From Lepidodermella squamata (Eukaryota > Animalia > Gastrotricha), in the NCBI GenBank assembly GCA_047495785.1, contig JBLDXI010000102.1:37608-101607 (forward strand): 64,000 bases of DNA, written 5' to 3'. The translations under genes and the position numbers were made by a program. This document shows, in pieces, positions 1-11,745 of the stretch. Under the pieces are notes generated by a model. It ran no database searches, had not been told where the DNA came from, and was given only the letters and a program-made list of their open reading frames with translations. Every line of letters begins with the position of its first letter. Position 1 is the first letter of the stretch.

Positions 1-141
1 CCCAACTTTTCGAAAGAGCTGGAAGATTGGAAGTGAGCGGCGGGCGAGGGTACAAGTTGTAAGGCGGAGGAGCAGGTGGGGCTGAGGCCGAAACGGGATC
101 TGGTGACTTTTCGAGACTGCCAAAAGAAAGTTTTTGAAATA

Positions 142-615
142 CCGTATTTAGTCGTATCAAAGCCGCGGCGCTCATTTTCCTGATTTTCTGATTTTCTGAA
201 AGAGGGGTAAAAATGCGGCGATTATTGGAATGCGGCGTTTATTTGATTGCAGCCTTTATTATTTCCATTTCCGCGTTCTTACATTGTTACGTGACCGCTG
301 GGCGTGTCGACCTATGTTGACACAGATGGAGTGACCGTGAGGTAGCTGTTAGAGAGGTACTTATCTCGGATTAAGCCTTCACTTTCATGCGCTAACGCCG
401 AATTCTGATAGATTACATGTCGCGTGGGGGTCTCGGGTTACTTGGGCACCTTCGGCGTCGTGGTAGGAGTCCTAGAGACAAGGGTGTTGTTACTCGCGCG
501 GCGATTATTCGAGTGCGGCCTTTATTGCGCGCGTTTTATTGAAAATTCATTTTTTGCGGCGATTAATCGAGTGCAGCCTTTATTCGGCGTGCGGCCTTTA
601 TACGACTAAATACGG
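142..615. mobile_element. MITE, pogo/Tigger-like (TA TSD)
   Basis: TIR CCGTATTTAGTCGTAT(C/A)AA(A/G)GCCGC at both ends, TA on each flank, no transposase ORF. Confidence 0.75.
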
Positions 616-3600
616 TAAGGGTTTAAAATGTGGGAACTGAGCTTTCACTTTCTGAGCTTTCACTAATCTAATTAAAAATCATCAAAAATAATCTGGGATA
701 TTTATTTATATGAGATTGTCTTCATGGTCCAGGGTTTTCATGCGAAGGTAAGGGCAAGGTTACCTATAGGGTGATCAAGAAATAAGCTTGTTTTTGTTAA
801 GTTACTAACTAAAAAATCTACCTTAATTCGGTAGCTAAGAAGTTTACAGCTTTGAACTATTGAACAATCTAACTGCAAATGCGAATAACCCTTGAAAATG
901 ACTGTTAAGATTGCAGTCGAAACGTCGGGATTTACAATAAACGCGCTAATAATTACAAGCAAGCTCATTTCAAAACGCCTTCTCATTCGGATCAAGAAAA
1001 TACGTATTTGTTTAGCCAAAGCGCGTGCCATAAGTAACAATGCTATTTATAACTACCTACCTATTATTTCTTGAACACCCTGTAAATATGCATAAAAACA
1101 GTCGGAATTTTTCGAACACGTGATATTCCATTACCATTCCCCAGGCTCATTTTAGGTTCAGTATGCAGTTTAGGTTCAGAAGTGAAGCTTTTATGCAAAT
1201 TCAGGGCAACCTCGAGCGATTTTTAATGTTTTCATTTTTTCAGAAATTATGGCTCGCCAACCGTGAGGAATAGGCTGGTGAGATTTTGTGAGCTAACTCC
1301 TACTGGGTTCTCACTGTTTATGATCAAAATATAAGCTTGGAGAACCTCAGGTTTATAGAATGTGGAAATTTTACATGCATATTTAGGTAACCTTACCCAA
1401 ATGCGATTATTTTAAAAATATCAGAAACTAAGTTTTCTGCGAAGTTGGAAAAAATCGTTACGGTTAAGAAACTATGATCTTTTATTGGAACAAAATTTTC
1501 TGTTGCGGAACCGAACTCGAAATATACAAATAGTTATTTTTTGAATAATTTTAGGAATTTAAGACAAATATAAGCATGATTTTATTTTAGGCGAATTTCA
1601 TACAAAATTTGATGATTATTTATTTCAAATTATATATTGGTCAACAATCATGTCAACTCTCAAAGTTCCGAAAGGGGGTTTCAGGCCCATTAAAAATAAA
1701 GATTTGGTTCCGCTTAAATGAGAACCCTAAATCAATTCCACTAAATCGTTGCCTCGTTTGATTAAACTTACAATTTCTTTGCCACGTTAGCATACACAGA
1801 AAGTAGGTGAAATGGGAGGAAATTTGCCGTCATGGCGAGCGCGAAAAAAGAACAGATACCAAATGTATCCTTAAAAGTATTGATGGGAACGGCGATTCCT
1901 TCACCAATCAGCTCAAGTGCAGCCGTCCAGGGCCCCATCTAAAAACTAAATTTACAGAAGACAACGAATGGGTTAAAGATTACTCTTTGAACCACGACTT
2001 TTCGAGCAAAGCTGCTCAAAAAACAGCTAGCAAAAAATGCAAAAATCGACCGCATTGGCGATCGAACCATGAGCATCGCCATGAACGAAGTTACGAAAAT
2101 TATGGTCAACTTTATATTGATGTCATCCTCTTCTTTCTCGGCGGCATTCTCGAAGAAAAAAATGTTTTGAAATAATTTCATTTCTAAATCTTCGCGTAAA
2201 ATATCAACGGTGAAATTCGGAGAGATAAATGCACAGCTTCATCCTTTGAAATTATTCACCTTGTATGCCAAAAGGATGCAAAATCGTGAAATGTTCAATT
2301 TTTATGGGAAAATAAAATTAAATAGCAGAAACTAGCACAAAAATTCGACTTCTTGTTGCTTGCATGACGTTAAATAAGAGATTGAAAGAAAAATAAACAG
2401 AAATTCAACGCGGAGCTGTCAAATAAACAGTGGTCTGTAAGGTTGGTAAATTTCCGACTCGGTTAATTTACGCTGCGGCTACATCATGGTGATCGGAGGC
2501 AATTAATAACGACGAGGTGAAACTGAGCAAGTTCGAAGCGGCTCTATACATTAAATGACTTTTTAAATGCTAAAAAGATAATTTTATTATCAGCTAAAAT
2601 AAGATCGCGTGTCAAAAAATTTCAAATTGCCATATAAGGAATTTCAATATTTTTGTGAGCACACAGGACGTTTTTTGATCAGGAAATGCTATAGACAAAA
2701 AACTTTTCCCGGCTAATTCCAACCTACAAAGAATTCAAAAATATACCAATTGACCTTGGCATTTTTTAAACTGTTTAGGTCATTCCCATCCATTGTTATT
2801 ATTGTGATGTAACAATGAAATTGGCAGATAAAGTTAAATTCTTGAAAAATAAAGTTCAACTCTATTTTAACGAGCAAAAATTCGCTTCCATTTTATCTTA
2901 AACAAGAACTTTTAGCTAAAATGGCTGTTAATTTTTTACTACCTTCGATCACCACCCCCCATATCTTAGCGAGAACAGCTCTTGGCTAAGTTGTAAGCAA
3001 ATTTCACTAGCAAGGGATCGCATCCATCAACATAGATTTTATTTATTTTTCTCCATTAAATCTGCTCACAAATTTTACCTGAACTACGGTGAACTATGTC
3101 CACAATCTGAATATTCTTACTGATTCAGTTATCCATTTGCCAGGTTAGTAATATTTATGCCTTGATTAACACTAGAATATGCAAGACGTATCTCTTTGCA
3201 GAAATCCCGTGAAAAACTCGAAAACGAAGCCCGAAAAACACGTTTCTCTCCAACATTGAACTTTTTCACCAAAAATCACAAGAAGCAGTTCCTTTACCAA
3301 TTTCTCAGATGTTATCCAAATTAAATGAAAATTTCAGGAACGTTCACACCAGACTAGGTTTATCGACCGGTACCCGCTCCAAAAAATTCCTCATGGTTAC
3401 GGGGTTATTAAAAACTACGAGGCAAAGAAATTATCACCCATACTTTATTATCATATTAATATAAGCTTATTGAGGAGTAAATAGAGTACGCTCTTGATTG
3501 TGCGCCAACGAAATTTTATCAAAAGGGTTAAAATGATTTGTACATGACTCGGGTATTTTGCATCGTATTTTCGCATTCAAAAAATAAGACCTGAACACCT

Positions 3601-3928
3601 CCTGGTTTTCGTCTTTGGAGAAAAAAATCTCAAATGGAAATTTTGCGTTTTTTGCACTTATAATTGAAATCAAAATTAATAAAAAATGGAAAAGCAAGCC
3701 GGATTTTGAACCTGAACAGACTATCGATATAGCTGTTTTATTTCGATTTTATTTTATATTATAACGAGTGAAGAAACCAGAATTGTCCTCGGGTCTCACA
3801 GATCCGGACCGACCCGGGGACAAAGAAACGAATTATTTATTTCGATGAGCACTTTGTAATGACGGGAGGTAAACTGGAAACTATTAAATACTCAGAATTG
3901 GAGAGGTGATGCATACGTAAGAGATCAA

Positions 3929-4369
3929 TTAATAACAATTTGAAAGCCAAGAAATGGCAAGGAACATTATTAGCATCACCCCGTACGCAACAGAGAGTCG
4001 CTTCATGGGTTGAGGAAATTCGACATTGAATTTTTCCCTTCGAATTTTGAAGAAAGCGTTTTCAATTTGTTTCAAGGATGGAATGGCTATCAATTTATTA
4101 TTTTTTTCCAGTGCCGCAAGAACAACCCGTGGATTGCTCCGATCATCGACTGCATTCCGAATTATCCATTTCACGTCTGGCGAAAGTCGGCCCAACTTCG
4201 AGCCAGTGATAAATTTGTGTGAATGATCGCCCTTCTCCTTCAGTGAGATCTCTCCCGATTGCTTGTCGTACAACAAGGTTGCGCTTGCCTTGCAGGATAA
4301 AAAACCAACCTTAGCGTAATAACTGCAACGATAATAAAGTGTTATTGCGCCATTTCCTTGCATAAACAA
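3929..4369 (-). pseudogene. WRKY/FLYWCH-like Zn-finger fragment, probably N-terminus of a MULE-type transposase
   Basis: YYRCSYY..CKASATL...GDHSH pattern followed by a helical segment; no DDE core in frame. Confidence 0.45.
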
Positions 4370-5396
4370 CAGTTGGAGAGAAAATTAATAAAATAAATTA
4401 AAAAACCTCTGTTGAACGACGAATAAATTCGCATCAGCGGTCTGTTTTCTTTCATCCATGTTTTAGCCATATCTGTCATTTTTTAAAGCGTAACAGATCA
4501 ACTAAGCTGGCCAGATAAGGAAAAATATTTGAAGATTATAATGGTATAGGTTTGAATTAAAGGCTCTCCCTGCTCTCTGCCGCCTTGATTTGAGGCATTA
4601 GGATTATGTAGGAAGTGTAGGATTGTATCCCAATGACCAGTCGTAAATAACTACGCATAATTCTAGAGGCGCGTATATAATGCGCGCACGTCATCAAAAT
4701 TACTGCGAAAATAGCCATTAATCTAACTGCATTGCGAGTTAAGTATATCAAATCTCGATATCCAAGCGTTCCTAGTAGGCTTTGGTAGGCTTTGGTACGA
4801 TTTATACTTTTCCGTAATTATCCGCATTTATTCTTACCCCTTTTATTCTTGAAATTCATCAAAATATCATTATTATCCTTAGTCCTCCAACTATAATAGC
4901 TTCTTGAAAGCAGCCCCTTCCGCCAAATTTCGAATTTCAGGTGTGAATGGAATTCTTTGTTATTATTTCTAGATATTACTTCTTTCCACTAATATCTAGA
5001 GCATCCCGCCTTAAATTCGGTCAATTTCAGGGTTTTTACTACTTTGCCAGCTAGGTGAAATTTTATGATGTTTATGGTAGCATCTGAAACATGAAACGCC
5101 CATTTAGAACCACTTTTTTGATCGCGTGCTTGGAAAATCATTAGATAGATTGGCTCAACAACGCGTATTCCTTGAGATGCGTGCAAAAACCTGCTCACAG
5201 CTCTTTGTGTCCGAATTTCGGCCCGTAGCCGAGGTTAGGTCGCAAAGGCCAGATTTAGGAAGTGAAATTAAAATTCGTCTGTGCTTCGTGATTCGTGACA
5301 AAGAAAACTATTGTTGCGAATTCCCATGGTCCCAGCAGAATTCCAGTTCAAGTTTTCTCGAAATGTTCATTCGCAAAATTGTATTTCGACGCTATA

Positions 5397-5580
5397 CAGG
5401 GTGCAAGGTGGCCAAAAAATTCGGCGGAAGCCGAATTCGATGAACATCAATTTTATGAGGATTTTTGAAAATTTGATGAATTTCAAGCATTTTTTTTCCA
5501 ATAGAACTCAATTTCTTGAAATTTCTCATTAAAACAATTCGCATCGAATTTGCCTTCTGCCGAATTTTTTGGCCACCCTG
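5397..5580. mobile_element. Tc1/mariner-type MITE
   Basis: TA|CAGGGTG...CACCCTG|TA with about 40-bp imperfect TIR (GGTGGCCAAAAAATTCGGC). Confidence 0.7.
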
Positions 5581-5832
5581 TACGAGCTTTCTATTCGTAA
5601 ATCATGTGGTGCATGTTTACGCTGGATTTCGCTGTTTAAAAATACCAAAAACATAATAATTTGCGTATGAAAATGAATATCGGTATAGTGGGCAACACAT
5701 CGGGTGGACAATCGATATAAAGTAGTGACCGAAAAATGAGGTCTCATGTATGCTATTTAGCGCACGCATTATACTTGCGATTCGATTTTTTCGATTTTTC
5801 AAACGGCGCCGGTTAGGTGCTATTAAGTGTTA

Positions 5833-6328
5833 CCGTTAATTGGGGCACAATGGTCACGGGAAAAAACGACCCCCTGTTTTATTTCGCATTTTTACCGTTT
5901 CAGAGGATCCTGATTCCGATTTTATAGGAAGCAAATTGAGCTTCGAGCCAGGTTTGGGGCAAATTGGACAGGTGTTTTGGGGCTAATTGGCCACCCTTAT
6001 CATTATAATGGGTTTAAAATATTTAATGATTGTGACGGTTGGTCGGAGGAAAAAATGTTTTAACATGAAACCTCGTTATTTGTTCCAGCTGATTCAATTT
6101 AAAGGGGTCATTTTACCTCCATAAACTCATCTTTATACAACAACATGCTGTGACCTGATTTTGGGACATACTTGGCTAAAAATTTGCAGGCTTGTAGGAG
6201 CCTTGTTGATAATCGTCCCCGCAAATTTTTGTTAAGTTTGGCTAGCTAGTTTTGAGCCATCGATAAAACTGGGAAACCTCAATTTTTGGCCAATTAGCCC
6301 CAAAGGTTCATTTTGCCCCAAATGACGG
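5833..6328. mobile_element. MITE, pogo/Tigger-like
   Basis: TA|CCGTTAATTGGGGCACAATG ... CATTTTGCCCCAAATGACGG|TA; internal TTGGGGC repeats. Confidence 0.7.
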
Positions 6329-6458
6329 TAAGTCATAGAACCGAGGGTAACATTGCTACTCGAAAATCGTGCCCATGAATAAACATTTCCGATTTACAAG
6401 ATGGTGCCAAAAAATTACCATTAATTCATTTTGGAATCTGAACTACGGTTTCTAGCTT

Positions 6459-6796
6459 CATTGTGGAACCACTCAAAAGTCCAATTCCAATGCGCACGCT
6501 GATTGGTCAATCAATCGTTGCTATGACTCCCGGATGAAACAGTATGGTCGTGCGATCCATACTATTTTTTGCAACAAGTGTTTTTCGCCGCAGTCATTTT
6601 CCACGATTATTATGGGGTTTACGCTCGTGGTCAATGGAAACCGTGCAGAGGGTGTGGCAAGGTCATTTTTTCCTAAATAAAAAATAATTTATTAGTGGAT
6701 CGCACGTCGGAAATGTTTCATCCCGGGGTCATAGCAACGATCAATTGACCAATCAACGTGCGCGTCAAATTTCAACTTTTTAGTGGTTCCACAATG
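6459..6796. mobile_element. Foldback/MITE with about 100-bp imperfect TIRs
   Basis: CATTGTGGAACCACT...TGGATC arm is the inverted copy of GATCGCACG...AGTGGTTCCACAATG. Confidence 0.65.
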
Positions 6797-7016
6797 TTAA
6801 AAGGGATTCACCTCGTCTTTGGATTCACTTTAAAACTGAACTATAATACGAAATCATGAAACCGAAGTCTTGCCAATGTAATTTTGGATTGCTGATCGTG
6901 ATTTAGGAATGGCAACTTCTTTTCGGCTAAGAATCAATCGATTTTTTGTCAAAATAATTCTATAAATGATCTGGTAGTACTTTAAAGCACCTGTATTGAT
7001 TCGAACAAGAAGCAAC

Positions 7017-9257
7017 ATGGAATCGATGAGAAGGAGCATATTGGTTCTGTCTGTTACTCTTTCTTTCGTGATTTACTTGCAGGCTGCTATCATACCGGTT
7101 GGTGGTGGCGTCGCTAACGTCGTGCTTAAGCAAAATCGAGTCGAGGAACGTCTTACTGATAATGAGCAATCTTCCACCACTCCAATGCCGCCTAGCGCTG
7201 CACAAACTAGCTCAACGTCAATCCCTGCTACGTCATTACCGAGACGAAAGTTGCACAAATCTAGCTGCAACGATAAGCTATATCTCGAGATAGCCGCTGG
7301 TGTTTACGAAAAATTTCGGAATATTCCAGAAAAAGGTATTTTTCTCTGCACAAAAGATGAATTCGACAGCAACATTAGGGAACATTGCTCGTGCCCACTT
7401 CCTGAAAAACTGAAGACCAAATTTTCGATCTCTATGCAGAAAACCTGCTACTTCACTGCATCGCCATGTAGCGTGGAACTTGATATGGAAACTTGCGAAA
7501 CGGCAATAATGTCAAGAAGTCGAGAACCTGAAATTATGATTGCTGCGTTGCGAAACCTACACAAAGAAATTGAAATGTTATGCTGTCACGTGGCATGTGC
7601 TGAACAAAAGGAACAAGCATACGTCGAGGGATTCACCACGTCACAACAACCGAGTGGCATCGATTTGCTCAAAACTCTTCAAAAGAAGCCTTTGCTATCC
7701 ACAACAACCTTAAAGCCGGCAGTTGCGACTAAAAGTGCTTGCGATATAGATCTCGCTAACGAAGGGGCCAAAATGATTCAAAAATACAAAAATGGGTACG
7801 CTCTTCGTATTTGCGTGTTTCAGTGGCTCCGAGATGAGCGTGATGATTGCACATGCCCATTAACGCCTACTCAAAGGACAAAGCTGACCATAATGCTGCA
7901 CAAAGCATGCTTCTTTTCTGAGAGTAATTGCTTGGAAGTTGACATTGTAAGCGATTGTCTGAAGAAATTGGAGAAGGAAACTGCGGATGGGAGCGCAAGT
8001 GACTCTTTTCTTGCTCTATACAGTGGCATTAATTCTTTATGCTGCTATCTGAAATGTGGGAGCATTTCGCAAGAACAGTCATCCATTCTTACAGAGCCTC
8101 ACACTCACCCTGCAATCAGCACCGTTGAAGAAGAAGGAGAAAACGACGAATCAATTAATTTTCGGGCTATTCTTGCTGAAGCTTCAAGCTCGACTGTAAG
8201 TTCCGCATTGAAATTAGAATCCGAGAAACCTACGCAGCATCTAACCGGCCATGGAGAGGATTGTTCGAGTTCTGTCGGCCCAAGTTTAGGGTCCGAGCTC
8301 GTTTATTTCTATAGACAAACAAAAAATACGAATCTTCGTGAATGCCTGAATAATTGGCTAGACAAAACAAAGGCTGGCAACGCCTGCACGACGCCAATTG
8401 CACTGGAGGTACATTTCAGGCTAGCAAAGCAACTTATGCAATGCTTTGACTCAGGATTATGCACAAACCAAAATGATTTGCTATCTTGCATGAACGCACT
8501 TCCGTCCTTGGAGCAGCGGTCTAATTTCGCGAAACTTTACAATCATGTACATTTCATTTGCTGTTTCTTAAATAAGGAGAAAGAGGGTTATTCAGAATGG
8601 CTTTCAAAAGTATGTGTTTTACCTTTCATCGATTAACAAAATGTAATGTTTTTCGTCCAGGCCATAGAAACGCCCACTCGGGTTGCGCAACAAGGTATAA
8701 CAGGGACTTTGGAAACATGCAGAGCCGCTGTGGAGTTATTTGCCAACATCTCGGTTCCCACCAGGATTTTCGCGTCGCAATTTTCTCTTGTGCCGGTATG
8801 CTATGAAGACTTCATTCTCTGGAAGCAACTTCCTTACTCTGTTGCGGTTTTGTACATCGCCTTGTCGGCTTTCATGTATTCAAAGACTTACTCTTACTTT
8901 AGACGGATATTGTGGATTCTTCTGGCGTTGTCCGTCGTTTTAATGCACGCATTTCTCGAATATCGAATTTCTGATTTTTTTCTGAACGCCTCTGAATTGC
9001 ATCCCTATCTTTTCCAGTTTTTGGTGGTTTTTTTCAGATGGCCACTTATTTGTTCGTTATATTACTTCTGTAGCTTTTCTCAATTATGGCGTTACAGTAG
9101 CACTGCTATTTTTACGATCCAGGGCAGTTTGAAGAAATTACTAAGCAAGCCTGCTGTTAATATCGTCGATGGGAACGAGGGAAAAGAAGAGGTCGATTTT
9201 GTTGCAAAAGTCACTCGATCTCAGCCTGCAGGTCAACTTAGAAATCGACGGAATTGA
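7017..9257 (+). CDS. Secreted/membrane protein of about 729 aa: signal peptide, three Cys-rich repeats, C-terminal multi-TM region; exons 7017-8609 and 8661-9257
   Basis: ATG 7017 followed by a hydrophobic signal; a phase-0 GTATGT..TTCGTCCAG intron (8610-8660, 51 bp) joins the 546-aa and 203-aa ORFs in frame. Confidence 0.75.
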
Positions 9258-9356
9258 GCAGTTTCAACACAGGGTTTGAATTTTTCTCCCATTTTTTGCG
9301 TGTGAGATCATTCTAAGTATAATTAGTCATAAGCGAAAGGCGCTTACTTATATAAT

Positions 9357-9585
9357 AAAGGGCTGTTAAGGATCGAAAAAAATTACCAACCCAGATGGTG
9401 CCAATTTTGTGCTTTTTCGTAATATATGTACGGCGAATTTCAGAAGAGCACCCCTTGTTAAAAGAATGGTTCTGGCTCCGGACCCCGTGCTTTTAGCGAG
9501 GAAGTATGAAAGACTCTTATTGCGAAAAAGCATATAATTGGCACCATCTGGGGTGGTAATCTTTTTCGATCCTCAACAGTCCTTT
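9357..9585. mobile_element. MITE with about 60-bp TIRs
   Basis: AAAGGGCTGTTAAGGATCGAAAAA..CCCAGATGGTGCCAATT is inverted at 9520-9585. Confidence 0.65.
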
Positions 9586-9776
9586 CTGAACATTATTTAG
9601 AACTTAGAATGTGGGCCACCAGAAAATTTGATTCTGCATAGGTAATAAAAATTAACATTTTTAATTGTGTGGTTACCAATAAACTGCTAAGTGTTAGCGT
9701 CTAATCTATCATATCTCACTAATTTCTTTTTCTTTTTTTTAGAATATTAAATCAAGACCATTGATAGTATTGAAAT

Positions 9777-11112
9777 ATGAGAGTTTACTTGATGCTCATC
9801 GTCTTAACCGCAAATTATATGATGCTAACCGAAGGTCAAAACCTGATCATTCTGAACGAAGCAAACGTGTCCTTCCCATTAAAGCTTCACCGTCCCGTTC
9901 CCAATTCGATCTACGTGTTTCATTTGCGGGCTATTTACGCTCAATCTGAAATTTTCGCATTGTGGGCTGAACGCAAAGTGAGTTTTTCAACATAAGCTTC
10001 ACTTTCGATAGCCAATTATGCTGTTCCAGATGGTAATTCATCTGTTCGGAAACGAGAAATGCGGTGACGGAGTTAAAGCAGTGATGGGCAAGGATCCAGT
10101 CAGCGTGTCTATTCAATGTCAAATGGAAGCTGACACCTCAGGTCAACTATCAGAAATATTGAACTTAATTTGGATGCTTCTTTTATATCCTCTGACAAAA
10201 TATCAGTCTGCGGCTCGCGAGTATGTAATAATTGTTGAAATGAATCCATTTGACGATAGCTTTGTTGGATTCTGCTCAACAGGCTGCAGCTTCACCTCGT
10301 ACATGGAATCCGTACCATTGAATTGCGTCTGGCTGTTAAATACGGCTGTCGCATTTGCAGTTTTCTTTGGAGCTTCGCAAATATCAAAACGAGAAGCTAT
10401 TTATTACATTATTTGCAGTTTAGTTAGCTTGCTATCAATCGCGTTGAGCACAGTTGTTTTGCTGATGGGTTATCTTCACATTACGAAATTTTCAAAGATG
10501 AGCACGCTCGCAAGTATGGTGGGTTTGCTATTGGCGCTTCAGCAGTTGACTAATCCAATCAGCTATCAAATCTTCGACAGCCTTCTGTTTTTTGCCATTC
10601 CCATCGTCTGCGTTGTTATTTTGCTGGCTTTTAACTTTTTTTATCTGAACGGCCCACCAAGTCCAAGAAGTAAGATGTTGATTAAATGGAATTTGCAAGT
10701 TTTTGCGATTGCTTTGATTTTGCTGGGAAGCGGCTACCGATGGCTTGAAATTTTATTATCTCTGACACTAATTTACATGCTGCCATCTATTATCAGGCGC
10801 TTTTATTGCAAAGACCTGTTCGTATGGAAGAATTCTTTCAGAGAAAATAGCTCCTCAGAGTACCCCAACAAATTCGTTTGGCCGAAAATAACAACGTCTC
10901 AATACCATGAGATGAGTAAAAGCTACACGGAATCTCAGTTACGTAGCACGATTGATTTCATCCAAAATAGCCCGAATATTCAGTGGCCGCTCGTTTCGAG
11001 ACTGCGTGAGCCCGATGCATTCGCAAAATTACATGATACGCATGAATCAGTATTCGGCGATTATGGTAACATTGAAATAATGCCATCTTCATGTTCAGAA
11101 AGTGAAGACTAA
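9777..11112 (+). CDS. NEMP1: Nuclear envelope integral membrane protein (NEMP/TMEM194 family), about 427 aa; exons 9777-9977 and 10030-11112
   Basis: Signal peptide, about 5 TM helices, GPPSPRSKMLIKWNLQ and ITTSQYHE..TESQL..W.LVSRLREPDAFAK resemble conserved NEMP motifs; phase-0 GTGAGT..TTCCAG intron 9978-10029. Confidence 0.8.
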
Positions 11113-11745
11113 AAGATTGGCTATGATCCTGTCAAAAACCTGAAGAAAAAGTAACGTACAGCGTGCCCCAATAGTGCGCAAAAAGTACGCAGGGAATAGG
11201 GATGAGAAAGTCTAAATGAGAAAATGCAGCCACAGCGAAACTTTATGTCCCGATTTCTTCCTCATTTTAAGACATAACTGCGCGCAAATTTGCACATAGC
11301 CGTAACTTTTTACGCTGAATTCGAATTTTTAATTTGTTTTTGGAAATTCCTAACTGCCACTAACGGCACGTTTTCTTCCTAAAGGCCAAATTTGTCATAA
11401 TGAATTGGGAAATTCGCTCGCTAGGTAATTCCTGATTACGACAATTACTATTTCCTTGACTTCAATATTTCCTGAATTAATATTTCCTGCCAGGAAATCA
11501 GGTTATAGCCTGGAATAAAATGGAAATTCTAACAAAAATTGCCATTACCCTCCGCCCTTTATTCCGGTTCTGCTCTATATTTAGGTCCTGCCCAGTTATT
11601 CGGTAGTTTAAATACGGTAGTTTAATTAATCTAATTGGTCGCGCCACTCGCCGCCGCGGCCTTTGGCGCTTCTAGCGATGGAGGGGGTTGGGAAGGCCCC
11701 TACCTTTAGGGAGGGGCTTCGGGGTTGGACATCGCCATATCACTA

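Noticed and set aside
1770-2181. Possible second MULE transposase fragment on the - strand
   Set aside because: Only vague similarity, interrupted by a stop; not supportable
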